Below, piece by piece: positions 44,153-53,520 of a stretch of 64,000 bases of DNA (position 1 is its first letter; each line of letters begins with the position of its first letter). A model generated the notes under the pieces. It had not been told where the DNA came from. It saw only the letters and a program-made list of their open reading frames with translations, and searched no databases. Made by a program: the position numbers and the translations under genes. Origin of the DNA: an uncultured delta proteobacterium (GTDB taxonomy: Bacteria; Desulfobacterota; Desulfomonilia; Desulfomonilales; Desulfomonilaceae); contig CAWBKB010000001.1 of the NCBI GenBank assembly GCA_963789265.1, positions 480,001 through 544,000 on the forward strand. The letters are read 5' to 3'.

Positions 44153-46314
44153 TTGTCTGACCTCCCTTCAGGCGACTCCGGATAAATCTTGCAGAGAAAT
44201 GTTCTGATGGCGGTTCCGCCCATCGCAGGATCGCAGTTCTCGTAACTGTTGTCTGTTAGCATGTTTATGTTGGACTCCTGCCATGAACGTTGAAGATCTT
44301 TGTACTCCGGAAACCACCAACCGTGCTGCGCGAAGATGACTCGGGGGTCCATCCCGGCGAACAACTTGGCACGCTGTCGGATCTTGCCCTTTGGGGATTC
44401 AATAGTGACCCAGTCTCCGTCCTTTATGCCTTCTTTCTGCGCAGTTTCCGGGTGAATCTCAACAGTCGGGTCCTTGTGAAGCTCTCGAAGTACCGGAATT
44501 TGACGACCTTCGGAACAGAAAAATCCTGGTATTCGCCGCCCGGACACCATTATGTAGGGATATTCCTCGTAAAGTTCGGGAGCGCTGTACGGGCTGCCGG
44601 GCGCTTCATGATACTGGGGCACCGGATCGTATCCCATTTTATCCAAAACAGTGGAGTAAAGCTCCAGCTTCCTCGTCGGCGTGGAAAAACCCTCAGTTCG
44701 GTACTTTCGGTGTTTCACTTCTCCACGGATGTAATCCATTTCCTTGAACTGCTTCCACGTTATGCCCATAGGTTCGAGTATGTAATCAAGACCTTGTTCG
44801 AAATCGGGCCACCAGTATTCTCCAATTCCGACCCGGTTTGCCAGATCGTTGAGCATGTCATGATCGGATCGGCACTCTCCTACCTGGATGGCCTTACGCC
44901 TCGGCACAATGTATCCGTGACGTTTCCAGAAGTCCGCGATGTAATCCATTTCGAGCCACGTGGCTGCCGGGAGGACGATGTCCGCCAGAGCCGCGGTCGG
45001 GGTTATGAAGAAGTCGGAGACCGCCATGAAATCAACTGCTTTAAGTGCCTTATACACTTCCGCTGAATCAGCCCTGGTCAAGATTGGATTAGTGCTCAGG
45101 AGGAACAGCATCTTTACCGGATAAGGCTTTTCCTGAAGGATCGAGTCCCAAATCTTTTTGGGATTGAGTATTGCAAAGCGAGACCCTAACCTGAATTGGT
45201 CACCTCCGAGACGCTTTGTGAAATCTTCCCTGGCAAGCATCCCATGAGCACCGAATGATCCCACATTCCTTACATTGGGAGTCTGGAACAACATCTGCCC
45301 GCCAGGGACGTCCAGGTTGCCCGTGATAGCCATCAATGCAATCAGGCTGCGATCGTTATTCGTGAGATTGGCTTGAATCTCTACGCCGACCCCCCACTGG
45401 ATAGCCGCGGGCTTGGTCGTGGCAAACAAACGGGCCGCTTCTGCAATCTTTTCCTTGGGGACCCATGTGATCTGCTCTACCCGGTCCAGGGGCCATTCCT
45501 TGGTTCGCTGCACAAATTGCTCCCACCCGTGCGCGTAATTCTCGACAAATTCTTTGTCATAGAGCCCTTCCTCTATGATTACGTTGCACATTCCCAACGC
45601 CAAAGCGGCATCGGTGGTGGGCCTCAAACGAAGCCAAATGTTGGCTCGGGCAGCAATTCTGGTAAGCCTCGGGTCTATGGCGATCAGCTTGGCGCCTTCA
45701 TCCAGAGCCACTGAGAAGGGCTCGCCCTTGTATGAGTCGGGATTGCTGAAGACCAGATTGTTCCCCCACACCATGATGCATCTGGGCTTGTTTTCATAGT
45801 CCACGATCGGGTTGGAGCCGCACGTACTGATGGTTGTGGCAAGTCTTGGGCCGTAGCAGAAGTGGCCCGCTGTCAGCACATTTGGGCTGCCAAGCGTGTT
45901 GGCGAACCGATAGATAACGGCCTCATTGTCTCTGCCCGTGCCATAACCCATTACAATGGATTCAGCACCGTGACTTTCTTTGTAACGAAGTATTCTCTCA
46001 GCGATTGTGTTCAGAGCCTCATCCCATGAGATGCGCTCCCAGTTGCCGCCTCCCTTTGGCCCTATTCGCTTCACGGGGTAGGTCAGACGATCCGGATGAT
46101 GCGCCAATTGAATCGAGCCGATCCCCTTTGCGCACAACGTGCCGTGGTTTATGGGGCAATCCGGGTCACCGGCTATTTTCTTGGCCTTGCCGTCTTTGAC
46201 GTAAACCAGCACCCCACAGCCACCGTGACACATTCTGCAAGCACTTTTGACGACCGAGTCGTAGCCGTAGACCTCCATCTCACGAGCAACGTTCGAATAC
46301 TTAAATTCTGCCAC
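44149..46314 (-). CDS. Bis-MGD molybdo/tungsto-oxidoreductase, acetylene-hydratase-like clade
   Basis: CRMCHGGC...LCAKG, HPDRL.YP, ISWDEAL, LPAATWLE, HGWWFPE; no Tat signal. Confidence 0.88.
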   Translation of the reverse strand: MAEFKYSNVAREMEVYGYDSVVKSACRMCHGGCGVLVYVKDGKAKKIAGDPDCPINHGTLCAKGIGSIQLAHHPDRLTYPVKRIGPKGGGNWERISWDEALNTIAERILRYKESHGAESIVMGYGTGRDNEAVIYRFANTLGSPNVLTAGHFCYGPRLATTISTCGSNPIVDYENKPRCIMVWGNNLVFSNPDSYKGEPFSVALDEGAKLIAIDPRLTRIAARANIWLRLRPTTDAALALGMCNVIIEEGLYDKEFVENYAHGWEQFVQRTKEWPLDRVEQITWVPKEKIAEAARLFATTKPAAIQWGVGVEIQANLTNNDRSLIALMAITGNLDVPGGQMLFQTPNVRNVGSFGAHGMLAREDFTKRLGGDQFRLGSRFAILNPKKIWDSILQEKPYPVKMLFLLSTNPILTRADSAEVYKALKAVDFMAVSDFFITPTAALADIVLPAATWLEMDYIADFWKRHGYIVPRRKAIQVGECRSDHDMLNDLANRVGIGEYWWPDFEQGLDYILEPMGITWKQFKEMDYIRGEVKHRKYRTEGFSTPTRKLELYSTVLDKMGYDPVPQYHEAPGSPYSAPELYEEYPYIMVSGRRIPGFFCSEGRQIPVLRELHKDPTVEIHPETAQKEGIKDGDWVTIESPKGKIRQRAKLFAGMDPRVIFAQHGWWFPEYKDLQRSWQESNINMLTDNSYENCDPAMGGTAIRTFLCKIYPESPEGRSDK

Positions 46315-46316
46315 GT

Positions 46317-47183
46317 TTAATCCTCCTGTTGTGCAGCCGGCTCCTGCGACGTCCGGAACATTGACGTATTTGCGTGTCCCGCGCCTACGTGCGGGGCGCC
46401 TCCAATCAATTCGGAAAATCTCTTTGCCGCGGCCGCGATATCGGCGCCGAATTCCTTCGCGAAATCCTGCGGAAAAGTTCCTACAATCGCCATCGATCCC
46501 ATGAGCCGTCCCCCGGGACCGAACACCGGCGAAGCCACCGCATTAATGCCGATTTTCATTTCGCCCAGATCCAAAGCAAACCCGGTTCTTCGGCATTGGT
46601 CCAATTCCTGCTCAAGGCGATGCAGATCAAACCTGGAGGGACCGCCGTGGAAATAGGGCTTCGAACTGCCAAGGACCTTTTTTCGTTCGGTATCGGGCAG
46701 GAAGGCTACTATCGCCTTTCCATGAGCGCCCCAAGCAATGGGGAATCTGTGCCCGAGTCTGATGGTCAATCCGATTTCCTGCGTACCTTCGTCTCTGGCG
46801 ACAACGAACACGTGATTTTCTGAGACCACCCCCAAGAAAGCAGTGCTGTTCGTTTTGCATGAAAGCTCTTGAAGAAAAGGGGCCGCAACCTCTCGTATGT
46901 CGAGACCGGTCAAGACTCTGTTGGCCAAGAAAAGCAGACCGAGTCCCAGAGAATAAGTCTTGTCATTGGGGGATTTTTGGACAAATGCGAACTGTTGCAA
47001 GGTGTTCAGGATAGAATATCCCTTGCTCTTGTGAATGCCCACTTCGTTGCAAATCTCGGTCAAACTCATCTTTGCAACGGGGGCTTGAGCGAGCGCGAGC
47101 AAAATGCGTGAAGCCTGCTCCACCGCAGGGACAACCGAGGAATATTGGGGTTTGGCTGGAGCAGACTCTCTCTTCGATGCCAT
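46317..47183 (-). CDS. IclR family transcriptional regulator
   Basis: VPAVEQA.RIL, SLTEI...GIHKS, AHGKA, VASPV. Confidence 0.92.
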   Translation of the reverse strand: MASKRESAPAKPQYSSVVPAVEQASRILLALAQAPVAKMSLTEICNEVGIHKSKGYSILNTLQQFAFVQKSPNDKTYSLGLGLLFLANRVLTGLDIREVAAPFLQELSCKTNSTAFLGVVSENHVFVVARDEGTQEIGLTIRLGHRFPIAWGAHGKAIVAFLPDTERKKVLGSSKPYFHGGPSRFDLHRLEQELDQCRRTGFALDLGEMKIGINAVASPVFGPGGRLMGSMAIVGTFPQDFAKEFGADIAAAAKRFSELIGGAPHVGAGHANTSMFRTSQEPAAQQED

Positions 47184-47199
47184 TCGGAATCCGTTAAGG

Positions 47200-47259
47200 T
47201 TCGTTGTACAGAATACGATTCTTTATAGAGAACCTAGCAGACGCACTTGCGCTTGTCAA
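47200..47259 (-). promoter_or_regulatory. Sigma70 promoter with two candidate IclR operators
   Basis: Minus strand TTGACA-17bp-TAGGTT; two 14-bp TTC-N8-GAA boxes at 47200-47213 and 47219-47232. Confidence 0.5.
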
Positions 47260-47428
47260 CACAATCCCTGACCCATAATCCCCCAACAAATGAGATGGTG
47301 AATTATGGTTTTATGATCATATCGCAGACCGTACCGTCATGGGTTACCTCTGGCAGTTCTTGAACCGATGTGTGGAATGGAGCGGGAACTATTAGCAGTT
47401 CCCGAAAGTACTCGCGGATTGACATAAT

Positions 47429-47528
47429 GGGTGCCACTGCTGGCTTGACCAGCAGTGCTTCTTATGGCGATTTTCACAAGTTTGCTCTGAAGGGAGTCGC
47501 ACTGCTGGTCGAGCCAGCAGTGGCACCC
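47429..47528. repeat. REP-like inverted doublet
   Basis: gggtgccactgctggcttgaccagcagtgc ... gcactgctggtcgagccagcagtggcaccc. Confidence 0.8.
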
Positions 47529-47539
47529 GCGGTGGTATT

Positions 47540-47878
47540 ATGGACGACATCCTCATCCTTGCCCCGGCACAATGGAAACTCAAGAAGACCATACGGGTGT
47601 TGAACCAGACATTCAATGAGCTGAAGTTGGAAAAACACCCCGACAAAACCGCTATGGGGCGAATCGAGAAGGGATTCGATTTCCTCGGGTATCACTTCAG
47701 TCCGCAAGGACTGTCTCTCGCACAGAAGACCATCGACAACTTCGTCGAAAAAGCTCTCCGGCTTTATGAGCAAGAGCCGCCCCATCGAAGGATGAAGCGG
47801 CTCGGAGAGTACAGCCATAGGTGGGTTGGCTTGCAGCGTTGGTTTAGGCGTTCTCACCTTATGATGTTATGGGAATGA
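47540..47878 (+). pseudogene. 5'-truncated reverse transcriptase (palm end and thumb only)
   Basis: MDDILIL (YxDD remnant), HPDKT and GFDFLGY; RT motifs upstream of YxDD are absent. Confidence 0.8.
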
Positions 47879-47951
47879 GACCGAGACACCTCCCCCCGGC
47901 CCGAATGTTAGTGGGGGTGGGACAAAACCGTTGACCAGGAAGATGCCGTTA

Positions 47952-49229
47952 CTAATATGTGCTCTCGCCTCCAGAAACAAGCGGGCCGGTTATACAGCCG
48001 CTGCGGGCGCTGATGTCGGTGAGCACTTCCAGACGGAAGTTCGGCTCAGTGGCTCCTGATGATATTAGGACGGAATCAAGGAAGCCTCCGGAGAGGAGAT
48101 TGCACCAACAAAATGTTGCAGTCGATGTCGTTACGGGCGGGATCGGATCTGTTAGCGGAGGGTTAGGATATAAATGCTCAAACGCGATTGTCGGGGCGAT
48201 GAGAACGCTTCCCTTAAGGTTAGGGCATACTGCAGGATTCGTACGTGCGAGCACAACCGCTTCCGGCTGATGCCAATACCGCTTGACCTTCAACCCCAAC
48301 AACCTTCTCAAGTCTCGGGGGCTCCTGAACACCGGCTCAGGCATGGTGAATGGGCTCTCGAAACTCAGCAGATTCTCCAACTGGAAGCCTACGTTCACGA
48401 ATCCGCCCACCGTATTGTAATAGCCGTCGATCCGGTCGTGCCCGTATTCGTATCTCAAAGTAAAGACGCCGTCTCTCGTAGTGAGGTCCGCGCCGCCCCG
48501 CCAGCCGTACACCGCGGTCCCGATATCAAACTGGTACCCGATGAGCTTGAGCCGCAAATCCAGAGACCGATTGAACAATGCATGTGAATAGCCGGCCTCA
48601 ACGTCAAAGCTATTCCCCTTGTTCCTGAAGGCATTGATGAGGACATCTCTATTGAAGAGGTTCCCGTACCAGTTGAAGTTCAGGTCAATGGCATCGTCTC
48701 CGGCAACGTTCGCTGCCATTTCCAGCCCGACTCCTCCGGATGAATACCACGTGTTGAACAGACGGGAAGAATCGTAGAAGCCGTTCACTCCCAGAAAGGT
48801 GTTCGTGCCCAGCATCGTGCGGTAACCGCCGCCGAAAGACAAATCGACCCTATTGTTCGTTCCCCCGGAAGATCTCTTCCAGAAATTCCAGCCTTCCGCA
48901 TGAGCCTCTCCGAACAGCACGGAATCACGGCTCACGCTAAAAGGGAGAACATAATCCGCAGTGAATCGCCCGGTACTCACCCTGTTGCCGAAATAGTCCA
49001 GGAAACCGAGTTCCAGGTTAGGGATTTTGGGGAGAAAAGGCGCAAGCATGCCACTGGACAGGGGTATGGCATCGCTCTCCCGAGAACATCCGCAATCGTT
49101 CGATGGATTGCTCTGACCGGGAAGTTCCGGGAGACCTTGTGCGTCCACAAAGGTGGAGAGAGTGCAGGCGAAAAGAAATAGGAAAGGCAGGACGAGCAGA
49201 ATCCACGCGGAAGGACGCGATTCCTCCAT
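47952..49229 (-). CDS. Inverse-autotransporter-type beta-barrel domain protein with short C-terminal region
   Basis: Signal peptide; SFGGGYR, LGVNGFYD, GVGLE, N.Y and G.D beta-strand motifs of the invasin/intimin barrel type. Confidence 0.7.
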   Translation of the reverse strand: MEESRPSAWILLVLPFLFLFACTLSTFVDAQGLPELPGQSNPSNDCGCSRESDAIPLSSGMLAPFLPKIPNLELGFLDYFGNRVSTGRFTADYVLPFSVSRDSVLFGEAHAEGWNFWKRSSGGTNNRVDLSFGGGYRTMLGTNTFLGVNGFYDSSRLFNTWYSSGGVGLEMAANVAGDDAIDLNFNWYGNLFNRDVLINAFRNKGNSFDVEAGYSHALFNRSLDLRLKLIGYQFDIGTAVYGWRGGADLTTRDGVFTLRYEYGHDRIDGYYNTVGGFVNVGFQLENLLSFESPFTMPEPVFRSPRDLRRLLGLKVKRYWHQPEAVVLARTNPAVCPNLKGSVLIAPTIAFEHLYPNPPLTDPIPPVTTSTATFCWCNLLSGGFLDSVLISSGATEPNFRLEVLTDISARSGCITGPLVSGGESTY

Positions 49230-49711
49230 GACATACCTCCTTTACCTCAAAGCCCTTGAAGCACAAGACTCGGCAGCACATCCCCAAACGTCAATCAGGG
49301 GGAGTCTCAAGAGCCAATAATGCAGAAATCACAAGAAATTCAGTGGAATACTACCTGAAAGCTGCGGCAGGAGTCAAGAGAATTCAGGGGTTCGGCCGGA
49401 AGTATGCACTTACGAGGGGGCGAGAGCTTGCGAAGCATGTCATTGCGAGGGCGACAGCCCGTGGCAACTTCACAAACACCGCCACTGGAGAGTGCTTTCC
49501 CGCGGGACGCGGGATTGCACTCCTCGCAATGACAGTTTCTCGCGAATGTCCGTTCCCCCGCGTGAGTGAATGCTTACACTTCGGACTGAAGACTGCTCAC
49601 AATTCGTGAGGAGGCATGTCACACGGAGAGTTCAGAACCGTATAAAATGGTTATCCCCGATAGCTGTGACATCCCGAATCTTGTGTCCCGCCGAACGTTT
49701 ACCGACAACGA

Positions 49712-50080
49712 TCATAGAGCCGATCTCACAGCCACTTGGAATATCTTTTTGTGATAGCTCACGGTGGCCCGTATTCTTAATTCTTTCGGATGGGCGTTTT
49801 GCCACCGCACTATCCTGGCATACTGGGCCCTGGCTCTTGACAGCAGCATCTCAAATCGGCCGGAGAAACGAGGCTTGGGCCGAATTTTTTCAGTAGGCCG
49901 TATCTGCTTTTTCCTCTGTTGCTCCAATTCTTGTGCAGCTTCCTTCAATGCCTGATCGAAGATAACCGCCTCCAGAGACTCCTCAGAGGCCAAGGCCGCG
50001 GCTTGAGAGACGCTTGCACCGTACAGGAATAGGCACAACACAATTAGCCACCTTGCAATTATGTGCTTCGAGGATCCCAT
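49712..50080 (-). CDS. Hypothetical exported protein
   Basis: Signal-like N-terminus, RBS ggag. Confidence 0.55.
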   Translation of the reverse strand: MGSSKHIIARWLIVLCLFLYGASVSQAAALASEESLEAVIFDQALKEAAQELEQQRKKQIRPTEKIRPKPRFSGRFEMLLSRARAQYARIVRWQNAHPKELRIRATVSYHKKIFQVAVRSAL

Positions 50081-50163
50081 AACCCCACTCCCACTCACTA
50101 ATTATGCTCTCTAAGATTCGTGAAAGTCAAAAAAGATTCAGAGTATTTTCGAGAGGTAATGAT

Positions 50164-50562
50164 TCACCGCGGAGATCGCAGAGACCGCGGAGAATTCAGT
50201 TCTGCTGCGAGTCTATCTGCCGGAACACTGCAAGTACTCGTTTGAGGCAATGAGGGAAATTAGGGCCTGACTTTACTCGTGCGCGCCTCACGTTGCCCAA
50301 ACTAATTCCCATTCGCGTTCAAGAAGGTGACACGGTATTTCCGGTAGGGGCGGGTTTCAAACCCGCCCTTACAGGTCGTCACGCCCGTGTACGCGGGAAT
50401 CTGTAGGGCCGCCCTACCCCCGTCCGGATCGGCGTCCGGGGTGACGAATGGGATCAAGATACTGACCCCGCTTGGCTCTATTTCGGAGTACCACTCGTTT
50501 GAAGGGGCATTGGTATATGCTACCCTTTTCTTCTCCGCGGTCTCCGCGTTCTCTGCGGTGAA
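50164..50562. repeat. REP-rich interval bounded by inverted tcaccgcggaga..gcagagaccgcggaga units
   Basis: The same unit occurs at ~3139, ~3305 and ~58250; internal gtaggggcgggtttcaaacccgccct also occurs at ~20819 and ~33404. Confidence 0.65.
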
Positions 50563-50598
50563 CTATTGCCTTGGATAATTACGGGCAGGCTTTATTAT

Positions 50599-52674
50599 TC
50601 ACAAACGCCGCTCGACAAGGATGACGGAAATCTCTCCCTCTCCGTACTGTTCCAGGTAGCGGCGATCCACTCCCACACAATGATCTATGTAGCAGCATCG
50701 GGCTTTAAGACATGCTTTCGGCGTCTCATTGTGCCCCATGTTGTCGGCATTGCTCACCATGTCATCGGCTTCTCGCCTCTTGATGCGCACTTCGTTCCGG
50801 CAGTTCCCAATATGTGGCAGGTGAGGAGCAATACAATAAGGCACGTTGTCAAGAATTGTCAGCGGATATTCCTGCGAGTTTATAGTGGACAATTTTTCTT
50901 TTAGAGAAGAGAGTCGGCACATGCGGCCTCTGTTGACATAAGCATTTCCATCCCATTCGGGCAGACACAGGCAATGGGCAGTAGTGCCGGCGAATCCCAG
51001 AATTTTATCCATGAGCCATTCTATCTCAGGCAGATTAAGTTCGTTAAGGCATGTGTTGACGCTAAGCCGTTCGGGTGAAACGTCATTTATCAGGCTGACA
51101 GCTCTGTACGCTTCCACAAAGCTGCCTTTCCGCCTGACGATTCGGTCGTGTGTTTCTCCGACCCCGTGCAGGGAAACCCAGAAATTCTTCATTCCCGCAT
51201 TTGTAAGTGAGAAAACCAGCTCTTCGGTTATTCCGAACCCATTGGTAAACATGAACAAGTTGTCGATTCCGTGTTCTTTTGCGAAACGAACGTAGTTCAC
51301 AAGCGAGGGGTTCAGAGTGGGTTCACCCGCGCCTGTAAAGAAAAGGGTCTTGATCCCTGCGCGGCTGGACTCCTCAATGAAATCGAATACTTCTTGATCC
51401 AAGTTAGGCGGGTTCTTACTCCTATCGTATGCCGGTGCGCAAAAGATGCAGTTGTTGGTGCACTCGAAACTTGAAAATACTACCGCCCCGGGTTCAGGCC
51501 ATCCCCAGACCAATGATCGCGATTTATCTGCACGGGTCGCGGTCCAGCCCTGCCATTTTTTCGGGTTGGTGAGAACCCGGTCTTCAACGAACGCGAATAC
51601 CTTTTTGTAAGTTTCACAGTACGGATCGGGGTGATCAGGGCTGCCTTCAGCGCTCATTGCTCTTACCGGACAGCCGCCATTGCAAAGTGGCAAATATTTG
51701 CAATCAAGGCATTCTGAGTTGCCGATCAAATTGGCCGTCCGCTCGGCGAGTTTCATTCTCATCGGCGATGTCAACAGCATGCCGAGATCATCGGATTCGA
51801 GAAGATTGCCAAAATTCCGGTCAGGATAGGAGCCCATCCACGCATCGCATTGACTCACTTCACCGCCGGGCCCGACGCAGAAAAAGCCATTTACGCAGTT
51901 TGGGCAGAAGAAGCACGGAATCTTTGCCGCAGCATCCCCCAATGTTATCCGTTCTACGATTCCCTCGTAAGGATCCAAGCGAACTCCGTCATCCCCGGAG
52001 AAGTAAACATCAAGCAGACCGACTAAGAAATCGCCCAGCATCGATGGGTCCAGGAACAATTGATCCGCCAGATGGGAAGCCGGTCCCGAGGCGAAGGGGG
52101 TATTCAATTGAATGCTCTTTAAGCCCAATTCATCTACGTAATACCGGTAAAAGTCCGAAGGGGACACTGAGAGAGTCTGTTTGTTGGGGACCGATATCAC
52201 GGACGCAGACAGGCCTCTGGAGCGAGCAATTCTGTACCTGTCAGCCCAGTGCTCATTATATGAATCGCCCGACAGGCCGCGGAATCTCCGGTGTACATTG
52301 GGATAATCCAGGGACGACCCGACGGTTCCGTCAAAAAGTTCCCATATCACCGGGTCCCAAACGGGATCGTAATCCATGAGGTTGGTCTGCAAATAAAGTT
52401 TAATTTTCAGATTGTGATTTGACATGAACGATCTTATCATACGGCCCGCTGTCAGACACCACTCGGGAGATAGAACCGTAATTTCTCCACCTTGCCAGTA
52501 CACGTCGACACTCTTAACTCCGGAGCGCGAAAGATACGAAGATATGCGGCTGAAAACAGTTTCCAAGTCTTCGAGGGACATGCTTTCCCGAGTTCTTGGT
52601 TCGAAACAGTACGCACAATTACAATTGCAATGGAAAGTAGGCACAAATATTATACTTACTTGAGGGCCGAACAT
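50599..52674 (-). CDS. Tandem radical SAM fusion: N-terminal rSAM/SPASM plus C-terminal HxsC-like rSAM
   Basis: CNCNCAYC, WQGGE, QTNL and SPASM CLDCKYLPLCNGGCP; then CTNNCIFC, GAGEPTL, FTNG, SLHG, NVPYC. Confidence 0.9.
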   Translation of the reverse strand: MFGPQVSIIFVPTFHCNCNCAYCFEPRTRESMSLEDLETVFSRISSYLSRSGVKSVDVYWQGGEITVLSPEWCLTAGRMIRSFMSNHNLKIKLYLQTNLMDYDPVWDPVIWELFDGTVGSSLDYPNVHRRFRGLSGDSYNEHWADRYRIARSRGLSASVISVPNKQTLSVSPSDFYRYYVDELGLKSIQLNTPFASGPASHLADQLFLDPSMLGDFLVGLLDVYFSGDDGVRLDPYEGIVERITLGDAAAKIPCFFCPNCVNGFFCVGPGGEVSQCDAWMGSYPDRNFGNLLESDDLGMLLTSPMRMKLAERTANLIGNSECLDCKYLPLCNGGCPVRAMSAEGSPDHPDPYCETYKKVFAFVEDRVLTNPKKWQGWTATRADKSRSLVWGWPEPGAVVFSSFECTNNCIFCAPAYDRSKNPPNLDQEVFDFIEESSRAGIKTLFFTGAGEPTLNPSLVNYVRFAKEHGIDNLFMFTNGFGITEELVFSLTNAGMKNFWVSLHGVGETHDRIVRRKGSFVEAYRAVSLINDVSPERLSVNTCLNELNLPEIEWLMDKILGFAGTTAHCLCLPEWDGNAYVNRGRMCRLSSLKEKLSTINSQEYPLTILDNVPYCIAPHLPHIGNCRNEVRIKRREADDMVSNADNMGHNETPKACLKARCCYIDHCVGVDRRYLEQYGEGEISVILVERRL

Positions 52675-52677
52675 AAT

Positions 52678-53520
52678 CTACTCCGCGACCTCTTCCGCTT
52701 TAGCAAGGTCATCGGCGATTTCCTTCGCGTTCACTTTGATCGCATTAAAAACTTCGAGAAAAGGTCCGCAGTCGAAGTCAGTGTCAACAAAACGAAGGTA
52801 GCCTTCACATAAATCGAACCTCTCGCAAGAAACGCATTTGGAACCGGACAAGACAAGGTCCTTTTTGCGGTTTATCAATTGCTTGTAAAGATCGGATTCT
52901 TCATCAATTTGCAGACCACCGGAAACCTCACCCAAGAACTTCCCGGCGCGGGCAAGTCTGGCAGAAGCCGTAACTCTTCCCAATTCGTCGACATAGAGGA
53001 ATTCCGACGGAGATTCAGGATAAAGTTTCGGGAGCGCCAACACGTTTCCTCTCAAACAGGCGCTGATCATGGAATGGAAAAAATCAACCGGAACCTGCAC
53101 ATGAGTGTCGTGCAAATAATAATTCAGTACGGACAACAGTTCACTTGTATCTGACAGCTCTTCAAGGTCCATCGTGACAGGGACCATAGCCGAGGCCGCG
53201 ATCTTCACACCTTGCAGGAGCCCTTTGTCCACATTAATAAGAGCTTCGAGTGAGAACCGATCGACGAGCCAGGTATTTGTGTAGAGCTGAGGAGCGCACT
53301 TTGGATGCAATTTGAGCCGAATCGGAAGCTGCAGCGGAAGAGCCGACAAACTATGCAGGTTCTCACTCGGATATTCCAACTCCACTCCCTTTACTCGATC
53401 GCCCAGCGTTTTATATGTGTTCACGATATCTCCGCAATTCCCTGAACGCAGGACGATATCATGAGAGTCGACTTCAGCAGCCAATCTCGGAGGAATACTT
53501 ATCAATGCTGAATTATGCAT
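52678..53520 (-). CDS. Degenerate rSAM/SPASM-like protein lacking CxxxCxxC
   Basis: Coupled to both neighbours; C-terminal CVSCERFDLCEG...C. Confidence 0.65.
   Translation of the reverse strand: MHNSALISIPPRLAAEVDSHDIVLRSGNCGDIVNTYKTLGDRVKGVELEYPSENLHSLSALPLQLPIRLKLHPKCAPQLYTNTWLVDRFSLEALINVDKGLLQGVKIAASAMVPVTMDLEELSDTSELLSVLNYYLHDTHVQVPVDFFHSMISACLRGNVLALPKLYPESPSEFLYVDELGRVTASARLARAGKFLGEVSGGLQIDEESDLYKQLINRKKDLVLSGSKCVSCERFDLCEGYLRFVDTDFDCGPFLEVFNAIKVNAKEIADDLAKAEEVAE

Noticed and set aside
44149..46314. Bona fide acetylene hydratase
   Set aside because: His replaces the catalytic Asp next to the cluster Cys, and an electron-transfer subunit is attached.
21014..47878. Diversity-generating retroelement (FGE/C-lectin targets plus RT)
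   Set aside because: The RT is truncated and 23 kb away. I found no template repeat or avd, and the two FGE tails do not differ only at adenines.
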